Assembly (NCBI RefSeq): GCF_004010195.1 | Contig: NC_057755.1 | Location: 12,146,966-12,210,965, forward strand | DNA: 64,000 bases | Source: Chiloscyllium plagiosum | Taxonomy: Eukaryota | Reading direction: 5' to 3' | Shown: piece by piece, positions 37,543 to 51,289 of the stretch | Layout of the letters: the number at the start of each line of letters is the position of its first letter | Numbering within the stretch: the first letter of the stretch is position 1 | Notes under the pieces: generated by a model | Database searches by the model: none | The model's input: only the letters and a program-made list of their open reading frames with translations | Told to the model about the DNA's origin: nothing | Made by a program: the position numbers and the translations under genes

Positions 37543-37840
37543 GGTGTCCAGAACTAGAGGGCATAGGTTTGGGGTGAGAGCGGAAAGATATAAATGAGAT
37601 CTAAGGGGCAGCTTTTTTACAGAAGGTGGTACATATATGGAATGAGCTGCCAGAGTAAGTGATGGAGGCAGATACAATTGCAGCATTTAAAAGGCATCTG
37701 GATGGAATATGAATAGGAAGAGTTTGGTGGGATATGGGCCAAGTGCTGGCAATTGGGACTAGATTAGGTTAGGATATCAGGTCGACATGGACACTTGGAC
37801 CAAAGGGTCTGTTTCCATGCTGTACATGTCTGACTCTAAG
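37543..37840 (+). mobile_element. CR1/HER1-type LINE 3' end
   Basis: GTCCAGAACTAGAGGGCATAGGTTT...TGTTTCCATGCTGTA. Confidence 0.8.
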
Positions 37841-38389
37841 TAGTGATTGTGGAAGCAACAGTGTGAGAGAAAATTAAGGGGTACTGGAAAGGCTAGTTAT
37901 ATATGGGTAGATAGGTTACCTGGGTCTGCATGTGCCTAGATTCTTGAAGATAGCAGGCCATATTGAGAGAGCAGTATGCAAAGCCTAGAAGATATTGGGC
38001 TTCATAAATAGACATATTGATTACAAACCTAGATGATTGTGATGCCATCAATGTTGTTTATTTGTTCTCAAAAGCACTTTGATAGGGTTACCATAATACT
38101 CTAAAGAATAAACCTAGAGGATGTGGAGTCCAGGGCAAGTGGAAGAACCGTTGGCTCGCTGACTGCAGTACAGAAGGTGGGAAGGAGTGTTCCACTAGCA
38201 CTAGTACAATGACCCTGCTGTTCATTATTTACATCAACTGTTTAGATTTGAAGTCAAAAACACTAATTTCTCAATTAGTACTGAGGATAATTGCAACAAA
38301 TTGCAGGAGGACATTAGTAAACGTTTAGAATAGGTAAATACTTGACAAAATCAAGTTTAACACTGGTTAAGCATGAAGTAGGTGAAATG

Positions 38390-38600
38390 TAGGTGAAAGT
38401 GAGGACTGCAAATGCTGGAGGTTAGAATTGAGTGTGTGATGCTGGAAAAGCACAGCAGGTCAGGCAGTATCCGAGGAGCAGGAAAATCGATGTTTCGGGC
38501 AAAAGCTGCTGTTGAAGGGCATTTGCCCGAAACGTCGATTCTCCTGCACCTTGGATGCTGCTTGACCTGTTGTGCTTTTCCAGCACCCCACACTCAACCC
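38390..38600. mobile_element. Fold-back PLE terminal-repeat derivative
   Basis: GCTGGAAAAGCACAGCAGGTCAGGCAG and its inverted counterpart. Partial hammerhead GCCCGAAACGTC. Confidence 0.75.
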
Positions 38601-38659
38601 AGATTACTTAAAATGTACTAGCCAAGGTTGGGAAGAGGAACAAAAGGTTAAAATACTCC

Positions 38660-39850
38660 AGTCATAAAGTCATACATGCCGACCAGATTTCCTGAACTGA
38701 ACTAGTCCTGTTTTCCTGTGTTTGGCCCATATCCCCTCTAACCTTTCCAATCTGTGTATCTGTCCAAATGTCTTTTACATGTTGTAATTATATTTGCCTC
38801 TACCACATCCTCTGGCAGCTCATTCCACATACGCATGAAATAGTTGCCTCTCGGATTCCTTTTAAATCTTTTCCCTCACACCTTAAACCTATGCCGTCTA
38901 ATTTAGACACTCCTACCCTGAGGAATAGGCCTCGGCTATTCACCTTATGTCCCTCATGAATTTATAAACCTCCATAAGGTTACCCGCCTCAGCCTGCTGC
39001 ACTCCAGGATAAAAGTCCTTCAGCCTATCTGTCCACTGTTTATACTCAAATCCTCTGTCTTGGTAACATCCTTGTAAATCTTTTTTGCATCCTTTCCAGC
39101 TTAATAAGATCCTTCCTGTAACAGGGTGACCAGAATTGTATGCAGTACTCCAAATGTGGCCTTACTAATGTCTTTTACAGCCGTAACATGACGTCCCAAC
39201 TCCTGTACTCAATGCACTGAAGGCACATTGAGTACCAAACGCAGCCTTCACCACCCTGTCTACCTGAGATGCCACTTTCAAGGAACTATGTACCTGCACT
39301 CCCCAGGACCCTACAATTAACTGTGTAAGTCCTGCCTTGGTTTGTCTTACTAAAATGCGACACTTGCATTTATCTAAATTAATCTCCATCTGCCCACTAA
39401 CCCAGTTGAAGAAGATCCCATTGTAATCTTAGATAAACTTTGTAGACAACTATACCACCAATTTTACTGTCACTGCAAACTTACTAACCATGCCTCTTAT
39501 ATTCTCGTCCAAATTGTTTATATTAGTGGTGAATAACAGTGGACCCAGTGCTGATCCTTGTGGCACATTGCTAGTCACAAGCCTTCAGTTTCAAAAACAA
39601 CCCTTACCATCACCTTCTGTTTTCTACCAACAAGCCAATTTGTATCCCATTGGCTAGCTCTCCCTAGTTCCCATATGATCTAACTTTACTAGCTTACTTT
39701 ACTCATAATCAAGTTAGTGAGACATGATTTCCTATGCACAGAGCCATGCTGACTATCCCAAATCAATCCTTGACCTTTCAATTGCAAGTAGTTTCTCAGT
39801 CTCTCCTCCAACAAATTGCCCACCACTGGCATCAGGCTTTTCCTTGTAGC
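38660..39850 (-). mobile_element. CR1/HER1-type LINE, degenerate
   Basis: RT and 3' remnants such as VHSSLKVASQVDRVVK and KSCLTNL. Confidence 0.85.
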
Positions 39851-40479
39851 CTTTCTTAAATCCCTAAATGTTTCACCAAAGGTTAGCAAGGCTATTTAAA
39901 TATAACCGATAAAGCACTGTGAATTCTTTATAGAGGGGTATAATTGAAAAGTAAGGAAGTGATGCTAAATCTGTACTGAACCTTGGTTAGACTGCGCTGA
40001 GGCTACTGTATGCAGTTCTGAATATTATGCTTTTAGCAAAGGCTGTAGAGAACAATGTGCAGAGAAGATTTATAAGGATGGTGCCAGAAATCTGAGAGAC
40101 CTTGAAATTTATGGAAGGTTCCGATTGATCGGATATATAATGTTTATTCTTGTGGGAAACTTCTAAAAGAATAGAGTGTTGTGCAACAGGGCAACATAGC
40201 ACAGAACAAAAGGGGCAGAAGTGACATAGATATGAAATATGTTTGCTGACAGGAAAGTTTAATGTTTAATTGGGTGTCTTTTGGGTAGGGGAAGGTTTGC
40301 AGTGGAGTTTCCCAGAAGTTAGTGTTGGACCATTACTTTTCCTGATATATATTAATGATCTAAACCTTGATACACGGGTTATTTTCAAAGTTTGCAGATG
40401 ATAATATCGCATTGTGAACTTTCTGGAATTTCAGAAAGTTGGTGGAATGAGTGGATGAAGTTCAATGTGGAGAAATACA

Positions 40480-40790
40480 GGGGTGGCACGGTGGCACAGT
40501 GGTTAGCACTGCTGCCTCACAGCGCTAGAGACCCGGGTTCAATTCCCAGCTTGGGCAACTGTCTGTGTGGAGTTTGCACATTCTCCCCGTGTCTGCGTGG
40601 GTTACCTCCGGGTGCTCCGGTTTCCTCCCACAGTCACAAAGATGTGCACGCTAGGTGAATTGGCCATGCTAAATTGCCCATAGTGTTTGGTGAAGGGGTA
40701 AATGTAGGGGAATGGGTCTGGGTGGGTTACTCTTCGGAGGGTCGGTGTGGACTTGTTGGGCCTGTTTCCACACTAAGTAAGTAATCTAAT
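40480..40790 (+). mobile_element. HE1-type SINE, well preserved
   Basis: GGTGGCACGGTGGCACAGTGG A-box, GGGTTCAATTCCC B-box, TAAGTAATCT tail. Confidence 0.92.
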
Positions 40791-40835
40791 TCATTTGGAT
40801 AGGAAGAACATAAATAGACAATATAAAATGAAGGA

Positions 40836-41038
40836 GAAAAGAGGACTGCAGATGCTGGAGAGTCAAAGTCGAAAAGTTTAGTCATTCAAGATGCAGGAGA
40901 GTCAACGTTTTGAGCATAAGCCCTGCATCAGGAATGTGTCACATTCCTGATGAAGGGCTTATGCCTGAAACGTCAACTCTCTTGCTCTTTGGATGCTGCC
41001 TGACCTGCTGTGCTTTTCCAGTGCCACACTTTTCGAAC
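40836..41038. mobile_element. Fold-back PLE terminal-repeat derivative with hammerhead core
   Basis: Inverted arms. TSD approximately ATAAA(A/G)TGAAGGA. + strand CTGATGAAGGGCTTATGCCTGAAACGTC at 40947-40974. Confidence 0.8.
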
Positions 41039-42365
41039 ATAAAGTGAAGGAATTACATGAGCAGAGATGACTGTGTTAATACGTCATAAGTCACTAAAGG
41101 TGGCAGGATAGGTAAAAAGAGCTGTTAATATTTTTTAAAAGTCCTAGAAATTACTGATCACAGGAACAAGGAGATTCTGTTGAATTTTGTTTAAGACACT
41201 AGTTCGACTGAGTTGGAGAATTGTGTCCTGTTCTGGATGCTTTAGAACGGCATTGAATTCATTTGAGAGAGGGCAGAAAAGATTCCAAATAATGATTTGG
41301 GGATGAGGCACTTCAGTTAAGATAGATTGGAGAAGTTAGACTGGTATCCGTGGTGAAGAGAAGGCTGAGAAAATTTGATTGAGGTGTTCAAAATCCTGAG
41401 GTGCTGGGTCAGAATGGGTGACAGTATTTACACTTGTGAAGGGATTGAAAAAGAGTGGGTGCAGGTATAAAGTAATTGATTTAAAAAAAGAAGCTAAAGT
41501 GATGAGAAAAAAAACTATTTCTTCCAGTGAGTCATTTAACAACTAGAATGCAATGTCTGAGAAATGTTTTCAAAAGGAAATTCGGCTAATAATTAGAAAA
41601 GGAAGTTTATTTTACTGGGAGAAGGCAGGGAAGTGATGCTAAATGAATTGCTCGATTGGAGAGCTGGTGTGGGCACGATAAGTTGAATAGTCTCCATCTG
41701 CACTTTAACAATTCTGAGACTCTGTGACAGTATGACTGGAGGCAGTCAGTGTCATATATCTGATAGTGAATTTAATAATTCCATAAGGGGTAGTTGAAAT
41801 GAATAGCACTTATATATTTTTATATGCTGCTTATTTAAGAGGATGCAGGACAAACGTGAGTGCAAAGTGAAAAGAGTATTATGGCAAAGTTAGATGATAA
41901 CGGGTGAGAGGAGGCTTTATTGGAACGTTAACACCAGCACAGTCAGGTTGTACCCTGTATCTGATGTAAAAGCTGAATAACGATGATTAAGCATGCTTGA
42001 TTAGTGCTCCTGTTTTTTGAAATGCTATAGATACCCACTAACGTTATATGTACAATCGCCCGGAAAGATGGCAGCAACACTTGTCAGCTCCATCGCCAAG
42101 TAGGATATGGAGGTTATAACATTTATGCTACAGAAAGCTGGGACTTTATTTGCTATTCTACTATAGCTGCTGGGGTCAATAATCAGGAGTATTTTACCTA
42201 ACAGTATTGCCTCTCACCCAAATTCCTCTGACCCAAGCCCAGTGAACTCTCTGGAACTCCAGGCCTCAGTTACTGAGTCTAATGACAACCCCCCCCCTGC
42301 CCTCGTCCTGGAGCACCTTCACAACATGGATTGCTATGTTCCATGGTGGTGGCATATCAGCATTT

Positions 42366-45300
42366 AGAGTCATAGAGATGTACAGCATGGAAACAGACCC
42401 TTCGGTCCAACTCGTCTATGCCAACCAGATATCCCAACTCAATCTTGTCCTGCTTGCCAGCATCTGGCCCATATCCCTCCAAACCCTTCCTATTCATATA
42501 CCCATCCAGATGCCTTTTCAATGTTGTGATTGTATTAGCATCCACTACTTCCTCTGGCAGCTCATTCCATACACGCACCACCCTTTGCATGAAAAAGTTG
42601 CCCCTTAGGTCTCTTTTTTTTATCTTTCCCCTCTCATCCTCAACCTCTGCCATCTAGTTCTGCACTCCCCCACCCCAGGGAAAATACTTTGTCTATTTAT
42701 CCTATCCATGCCCCTCATGATTTTATAAACCTCTATAAGTCACCCCTCAGCCTCCGACGTTCCAGAGAAAACAGCTCTAGCCTATTCAACCTCTCCCTAT
42801 AGCTCAAATCCTCCAACCCTGGCAACATCCTTGTAAATCTTTTCTGAACCCTTTCAAATTTCACAACATGCTTCTGATAGGAAGGAGACCAGAATTGCAC
42901 GCAATATTCCAACAGTGGCCTAACCAATGTTCTGTACAGCAGCAATATGACATCCCAACTCCTGTACTCAATACTCTGACCAATAAAGGAAAGCATACCA
43001 AATGCCGCCTTCACTATCCTATCTACCTGCGACTCCACTTTCAAGGAGCTATGAACCTGCACTCCAAGGTCTTTTTGTTCAGCAAATCTCCTGGAGACCT
43101 TACCATTAAGTGTATAAGTCCTGCTAAGATTTGCTTTCCCAAAGTGCAGCACCTCGCATTTATCTAAATTAAACTCCATCTGCCACTTCTCAGCCCATTG
43201 GCCCATCTGATCAAGATCCAGGTGTAATCTGAGGTAACCTCCTTTGCTGTCCACTATAGCTCCAATTTTGGTGTCATCTGCAAATTTACTAACTATACCT
43301 CTTGTGCTCACATCCAAATCATTTATATAAATGATGAAAAGTAGTGGACCCAGCACCAATCCCCGTGGCACTCCACTGGTCATGGGCCTCCAGTCTGAAA
43401 AACAACCCTCCACCTCCCACCCTCTGTCTTTCTACCTTTGAGCGAGTACTGTATCCAAACAGCGAGTTCTCCCTGTATTCCATGCGATCTAACCTTGCTA
43501 ACCAGTCTCCCATGGGAAGCCTTGTTGAACGCCTTACTGCAGTCCATATAGATCACATCTACTGCTCTGCCTTCATCAATCCTCTTTGTTACTTCTTCAA
43601 AAAACTCAAGCAAGTTTGTGAGACATGGTTTGCCACGCATAAAGCCATGTTGACTATCCCTAATCAGTCCTTTCCTTTCCAAACACATGTACATCCTGTC
43701 CCTCAGGATTCTTTCCAACAACTTGCCCACCAACGACATCAGGCTCACTGGTCTATAATTTCCTGGCTTACCACCTTTCTTAAACAGTGGCACCACGTTA
43801 GCCAACCTACAGTCTTCTGGCATCTCACCTGTGACTATCGATGATACAAATATCTCAGTAAGAGGTCCAGCAATCAGTTCCCTAGCTTCCCACAGAGTTC
43901 TAGGGTACGCCTGATCAGGTCCTGGGGATTTATCCACTTTGATGCGTTTCAAGACATCCAGCACTTCCTCCCCTGTATTATGGACATTTTCCCAACATTC
44001 TATATCTTCCATGTCCTTTTCCACAGTAAACACTGATGTAAAATTTAGTATCTCCCCCATCTCCTGCACCTCCACACAAAGGCTGCCTTGCTTATCTTTG
44101 AGGGGCCCTATTCTCGTCCTCATTACCCTTTTGTCCTTGATGTATTTGTAAAAACCCTTTGGATTCTCAACTCTATTTGCCAAAGCTATCTCATGTCCCG
44201 TTTTTGCCCTCCTGATTTCTTTATCAAGTATAGTCCTTCTGAGGATTCACTTGATCTATCCTGCTTTCTTCTTTTTCTTAACCAAGCTCTCAATTTCTTT
44301 AGTCATCCAGCATTCTCTATGATGGAAATGTGTTGCTGGAAAAGCGCAGCAAGTCAGGCAGCATCTAGGGAACAGGAGAATCGACGTTTCGGGCATTAGC
44401 CCTTCTTCAGCATTCTCTATGCCTATCAGCCTTTCCCTTCACCCTGACAGGAATATACTTTCTCTGGACTCTCATTATCTCAGTTCTGAAGGCTTCCCAT
44501 TTTCGAGTCATCCCTTTACCTGCAAACATCTGTCCCCAATCAGTTTTTAAAAGTTCTTGCCTGATACCGTCAAATTTGGCCTTCCTCCAATTTAGAACTT
44601 CAACTTTTAAATCTGGTCTATCCTTTTCCATCAGTATTTTATAACTAATAGAATTATTGGTCGCTGGTCCCAAAGTGCTTCCTCACTGATACCTCCGTCA
44701 CCTGCCCTGCCTTATTTCCCAAGAGAAGGTGCAAAATTTGACCTACTCTAATAGGTACATCCACATAGTGAATCAGAAAATTTTCTTGTACTTACTTAAC
44801 AAATTCCTCTCCATCTGAACCCTTAAAACTATGGTAGTCCCAGTCTATGTTTGGAAAGTTAAAATCCCCTACCAGAACCACCCTATTATTCTTAAAGATA
44901 ACTGAGATCTCCTTACAAATTTGTTTCTCAATTTCCCTCTGACTATCAGGGGGTCTATAATACAATCCCAATAAGGTGATCATCTCTTTGTTATTTCTCA
45001 GTTCCACCCAAATAACTTCCCTGGATGTATTTCCAGAAATATCCTCTCTCAGTACAGCTGTAATACTATCCCTTATCAAAAACATCACTTCCCCTCCTCT
45101 CTTGCCTCCCTTTCTGTCCTCCTTGTAGTATTTGTATCCTGGAATATTAAGCTGCCAGTCCTGTCCGTCCCTGAGCCATGTTCCTAACCATGCTCTGAGT
45201 TCATCTGCCTTCCCTGTTGGGCCTCTTGCATTGAAATAAATGCAGTTTAATTTATCAGTTCTACCTTGTTCTCTGCTTTGTCCCTGCCTGCCCTGACTGT

Positions 45301-46845
45301 TTGACTCGCTTTTGTTCTCAACTGTAGAAGTCTCAGATTGAAATCTTTCCTCACTATCTCTCTGGGTCCCATCCCGCCATCTTATTAGTTTAATTCCTCC
45401 CGAGCAGCTCCACCAAATCCCCCTGCCAGTATATTAGTCCCCTTCCAATTTAGGTGCAATCCGTCCTCCTTGTACAGGTCACTTCTACCCCAAAACAGCT
45501 TACAAAAAAGTGAATCCTTCTGCCGTACAACACCACCTCAGCTATGCATTCATCTGCTCTATCTTCCTATTCCTGCCCTCACTAGCTCATAGCACTGGGA
45601 CTAATCCAGATATTACTACTCTCGAGGATCTCCTTTTTAAATTCCTGCCTAACTCTCTGTAATCTCCCTTCAGAATCTCAATCTCTTTCCTTCCAATGTC
45701 ATTGGCTCCAATGTGTACAATGATATCCTGCTGGACCCTCTTTCCCCCTTAAGAACATTCTGCATCCTCTGAGACATCCTTGATCCTGGCACCAGGGAAG
45801 CAACACACCATTCTGATTTTTCGCTGCTGGCCACGGAAACGGCTGACTGTACCTCTGACTATAGAGTCCCCTAACATAATTGATCGTTTGGAACCCGAAG
45901 TACCTCTCATTACATTAGAGCCAGTCTCAATACCAGTAACTGTTCGTGCTACGTTCCCCTGAGAATCTATCCTCCCTTAGATTTTCCAAAACAGCATACT
46001 TGTTTGAAATGGAGATAGCCACAGAAGACTCCTGCACTACCTGCATACCTCTTACCTTTCCTGGAGTTAACCCATCTATGTGACTGTATCTGATACTTTT
46101 TCCCCCTTCCTATAATCGCCATCCATCACATCCCCTTGCTCTTGTAAATTCCTCATTGCTTCTAACTGCCTCTCCAACCGATCCATTTGATCTGATAGGA
46201 TTCGCAACCAACAGCATTTATTGCAGATATAATCCTCAGTAACCCATAAACTTTCCCTAAACTCCCACATCCGCAAGAAGAGCATATCACTCTCCTAAGG
46301 GCCATTTTTGCTGCTTTCAATCTACAAACCCAGAAAATAGCACTGTCTTATTCCTCTACAAAATATTGCTCTAAGTTAAATGAATACTTATGGCTTATAT
46401 TTTAAGTTTAATCAAGAGACATAGCTCAATAAAACATATAATCAAGAAAGAACACACTCTACTCAACACTGCAGACTTATTTTAAGGCCATGCTTAAAAT
46501 CCACTTATCTGCTTCTGTGCTGTGACCCCTCTCAGGTTCCTCCAAGATTAGTTGTGAATTTCACTTTTTTAATTTTCCCAGATGCACTCTGATGTCCAAG
46601 CAGTAACTGCTATCTCTGTCAGTTAGCAATGATTTTTTCACTCTCGCTCTCTCTCACACTGACCACCATGTGCTCCCTTTTACAAGTGCTGTTGTTTTGA
46701 CCTTTTTTTCCCCTAAACGTCCAAAACAATGCAACAGCATATAAAACAGCAATTGCTGCTCCTGGAATTCGAGGAAATCATCTCCAATACCTCAGAAAAG
46801 GAGCAGCTATTACAGCCAGAAATTTTTCCCATCCTCCATCTTCGA
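42366..46845 (-). mobile_element. Near full-length CR1/HER1-type LINE (5' UTR, ORF1, ORF2, tail)
   Basis: Long ORF2 fragments (42733-43413, 43380-44183), endonuclease motif VLVGDFNFPNIDW, ORF1 YICNKC motif. Frameshifted, so not intact. Confidence 0.93.
44322..44407 (-). mobile_element. 86-bp PLE terminal fragment carrying a hammerhead core
   Basis: Perfect 14-bp TSD CAGCATTCTCTATG (44308-44321 / 44408-44421). Minus strand CTGAAGAAGGGCTAATGCCCGAAACGTC. Confidence 0.82.
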
Positions 46846-49800
46846 TTATCCAGAATCCACTCTCTAACTTTGTGCATGTGTTGGCCTTGCACCACCTCCA
46901 CTTCCCCAGGTCATGACAAAGGCAATCAGTAGTTGGCATTTCACAAACAAATTAAGTACGAGGATAAAACTATACTTAAGATTCAGCCACAAGTATAGAA
47001 TCATAGGGCATGAAGTCAGGCCCTTTGGCCCAAACTGATCCATGTCAACCAAAATGTCATGTTCTGTAAGCAATTTTAACAGCTAAAGATAGAATGGACA
47101 ATTTAACACCTTGGAGGACTAGGATGATAGCATTAGGCCACTACAGTTACATGGAGGAGATTTGAAATACTGGAACTATTTCCACTGAACTGATTAAGGC
47201 CAATAGGGGATTGAGGTTTTTAAAATTGAGCATAACTGTGATATTGAGCATAACTGGCTGTCTAGGGGGGAGAAAAAAGGACATGGTCAATATAAGTAGG
47301 AAGAGGGGTTGTGGTCCAGGCTGATGGGAAGAGGAGAGAAGGCAAAGTATCCTGGTAGCAAATCGCTCCATACACTGCATGGCCATCTCAAATACAGAAT
47401 GGACCTATAAAGTCCAGGATGGTTGCGTCATCCTGAATGAATAGGGATAGATTTTCTTTGAGTACCTGAAGTGAAGTTTCAAAATGTTTCCTCACATGGT
47501 TTCAGTGTAGTATGGCCTTTGTCAAAGTGGTTGAGGTACAGCCATTGCAGGAATGCTGTGCTAAGAGAAAAGTAACAAATAATTGAAACTACGAACATGT
47601 CATGTTATTGGATTTTTAACCATTCTTCCACTGGATCTAGATGGTTGAATCTAAAGAGTGTGTTTGTTAAGTACTAGCTTCACATCTTTTAAACAAGAGA
47701 CTGAAGACATTAGTGCTACGTAAGCCTGACGTGATCATCAATAAACATAGCCATTAAATTGAGGGATTGCTGGTCCAAAGTGGGGTTATTTGATGGAGAT
47801 TTTGCCTTTATCATCACCTGTGATGATAATAGAACAGGAAAACCTGCGAATAAATTAGTACTTTTAAACTGCTCTAAGCACAAATGATCATGAGCATCAG
47901 AATTTTTGAATGTAGGTTTTGGGCGAACTGTTCATATATGGACTTCAAATAAAACAATGCCTTGGTCTTAAAATTCTAATGTTGTGTTTAAATCCATCCT
48001 TGGCCTCAACATTCCCCATCTCTGTAATATCCTCCATCCGTACAATACTCCCTAAGAGTGTAACCTCCTCCAGCCCTGGCAACCTTCTCTATCACTCATA
48101 CTGCAACCCTCCCACGATATTTGTGCACAGCTTATTTCTGGCCTCGTCTTTCTGATTTAAGTTGCTAAGCCATTGCTGAGGCAAAAGCTCCAAAGGTTAC
48201 TCCTTCACTTTTATCCTTTGCTCCCCACCTCAGTGACCAAATAGTTTATTTTATTGTACTTTTATGAAGTGTGATTTCTAAAATAAATTTATTCTTTCTA
48301 CAGGATTTGGCCTCTGCTGGCTAACCAGCAGTTACTGTTCAACTCTAATTGATCTGTAGGAGATGTTGCTTAGTTGCCTTCTTGAGCTGATCCAGTCTGT
48401 GTAGTGTAGGAACATCCACAATGCTGGTTGGGTGGGAGGGAGATCCAGAATTTTGACCAATGGCAAAATGCTTTGCCCTGTACAGTGTTAACCACCTTGA
48501 GTGTTGTTGGAACTGCAGTCATCCAGGCAAGTGGAGAGTACTCCACACTACTGGACTAAATGGCCAACTGTTCAAATCTCAACCTTTGGTGCAATGTTGT
48601 GTTTTATTGAATTCACCTTCTTGAGCAGTCCCTTGGGACCAAGGATGACTTTCTTTCACGTCAGAGTTGTGGATCCTGGGATGACAAAACAGTCCACTCT
48701 GCCACGGGTTGGGCAGGTGGTATTTAAAGATGCTGTTCTCCTACTTTCTACTGTTTGAACCTAGCTCATCCCGATGTCCGAGATACTCAAGATGGTTCGT
48801 ACCTTGATTGCTGCTATTCCAGTTTTGGTGATCTTGGGCAAGAAATTTCCATGGTGGAGATATTACATTTTTTCAGGGAGGCTTTGAATTTAAAGCTTTT
48901 CTCTGCCATCCTTCAAGCTTTTCTTTGACCACTGGTAACCATATTTCCTGATAAAGATTAGACAAGTGAGGTTGTTTTTGAAATACTGTGTCAGAAATTG
49001 ATGACCTGTCCAGTGTAGGCCTGGAAGAGGATATTGCAGTGCCTAAACTGCCAGTAGATTTATGGGGTTTTGCAGAGGCACCACTAGTGTTTTTTTTTTG
49101 TAGAGATTTGAGGTGTCTACTGTATATTATCCATAAGTTCAATGTGTACAGAAGGGCAGATCATATTGCCCTGCAAACCATCAGTTTGAGATTCACATAG
49201 CATATGAGAGAAAGGTCCTTAAGCTGTACATCCAGAAGATGAAGGTTCTGTACCAATCTACTCCTGACATGCACTGCTGTTGCCATGAGCCCCAGGACAA
49301 TGTGGAACTTAACTTGGGTGCCTCCTTCCAGTGAGGGCAACAGTGAAATTCAACATTACCTCCAATGTGCCAATGCAGCCTTCAGCCATCCAAGGAGCAG
49401 AGTGCTTGACAGCTGAATACCAAGCTTGTGGTATTGTTAGATTTGGCTCCTATGAAATGCCTTGGAATGTTTATCCGTTAAGTGCTTTATATTGTTGATC
49501 GCTAGTTTGTGCGTTATGTTCAACAAGAAACCTGATTTGAACTTTTGCTCCATTTAATTCACAGAAGATGCCAGGTTTCTTAGACTAACAATTACTTAGG
49601 TGTTTACAGCTAACTAAGATGCAAGATTTTAAGACAAACACTTGATTGCTGACAGGAACCAAACTGAATCAGTTGGTTTCAAGATCACTTCTCATTGCTG
49701 TACCTGAGTGCATGAATTAAAATTCTAGACTGATCTGTTAATATAGAACTGATGGAATGCTGCATTGTTGGTTACTATCTAATGGGTGAATTATTAACCA

Positions 49801-49984
49801 ACTTTCTGAATATGAAAGATTGCAAAATGGTATTTGAAAAGTAGGCAGTTCTAATTTCCTAGACAATGTTCATCCCATTCTAGTGGAATACTTACTGTGA
49901 TAATTAAAAAACTTACTTTGATGTCCATCTAGTTTACAATTCTTTGTATTTTGGTTAAATATGAGAATGTCTGTCCTTCAAAAA

Positions 49985-50260
49985 AAACCCACCATTTCGA
50001 CTGGGACAACACATCTATCCTGGGACATGCCAGAGAATTCCTAGAGGCCTGGCACTCCAACCACAACGCCATAAACAAACACATAGATCTAGATACCATC
50101 TATCAACCTCTCAGAAAATGAACAGGAAATGACAACAGGAACCCCATCCAGGGCAAACATAAATAGAAAGCAGGAGACAACAGCTTCGCTTCACTTGGAG
50201 GTCCGCCACTGATGATGTTACCTAGCCAGGTAATGAAACGTCTGGATATCAAACCTACAC
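49985..50260 (+). mobile_element. Penelope (Poseidon-like) 3' end: GIY-YIG C-terminus and terminal repeat
   Basis: HHFDWDNTSILGHAREFLEAWHSNHNAINKHIDLDTIYQPLRK*. Confidence 0.85.
50206..50245 (+). ncRNA. Minimal hammerhead ribozyme motif
   Basis: CCA CUGAUGA U GUUACCU-AGCC-AGGUAAU GAAAC GUC UGG. Helix I CCA/UGG, 7-bp helix II, GUC cleavage triplet. Confidence 0.78.
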
Positions 50261-51289
50261 CCTAAATCCCTGTCCTCCAAGTAATTTAGCTATTGGAGGA
50301 TCATGTCTAAGGATATGGGAGAGAAATGAATAGCTCGTTAAAGTTGCAGATTCAAATGCATAAAAATAGGAGGAAGCATGAGTGTGGATTAATTAGGCCG
50401 AATGGCCAGTTTGCTTGCTATATATCTGATTATAATTCCTCTTGGTAAGTGTCTCGGTAAAATCTGAACTTGGTGTTTGAAGTGCTAACAAGTTAGTCTT
50501 TGAAGTTGTTCACACAAGGATTGTGAATCCATTTGTTAAACTGCCAGCAATGAACCTGTTGCACTGATTAATCAAAATATCACAAGGGTTTAGTGACAAA
50601 GACCCATTTTCTTGAAATACGAATGCACTATCACTCCTTTAAAAAGAGATGAGCAATCTGGAACCCAGCTAGGGTGGCAAGTTCAATCAAGTTCAGCCAG
50701 CCTTGAGACATATCCAGCAGAGTTGAGAGATGGTTTGTATAAGACTGGAGCAGGGAGATGTGTGTTCATTAATTTTGTTGTACTATAAAACTTGGTTATA
50801 TTGATTGATTAGATTTGATTCAGTCAAAACTATTGCTGTGTGTGTTTCTTGCAATAGATCATGCAGCTCCATAATCGGTAAATCTTGAAAAAAATATCGA
50901 AGAGCTGAATGGAGTCATGTAAATGTTTCGATCAGAATGCAAGATGAGCAGATTCCACGCCTGGGTTCTGTCAAATAGATGCTCTCGATTGCAGAAAAAG
51001 TGTGATTTTGGAGTAACAGTTGCCTAATTTGAGATTTGCCATGGCCTTTCAACACCCGAGCTCATTATATATAGGCTTTGTTCAAACATGAACAAAAGAG
51101 CTGAATTCCAGATGTGAAATGAGTGTGACAGCCCCTGGCATCCATGCTGCATTGGAAAGTGTATGGCATCAAGGAGCCCAGCAAAACTGCAATTCGTGGG
51201 AATCGGGGACAAACTCTCTGCTGCTTTTGGGGTCATACCTGGCACATGGGAAAATGGTTATGGTTCTTGGAAGTCATTGTATGCAGCAT

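Noticed and set aside
40480..40555. tRNA gene (A and B boxes)
   Set aside because: It continues into the HE1 SINE body and tail, and similar heads occur about ten times in the window.
42733..44183. Long RT ORFs as an active or domesticated gene
   Set aside because: They are frameshifted pieces of one CR1 copy, whose ORF2 is also interrupted by an insertion at 44322-44407.
47150..49450. Possible extra exons or a nested gene in intron 1
   Set aside because: No recognisable protein or consistent splice pattern. It looks like highly decayed repeat sequence that I could not assign.
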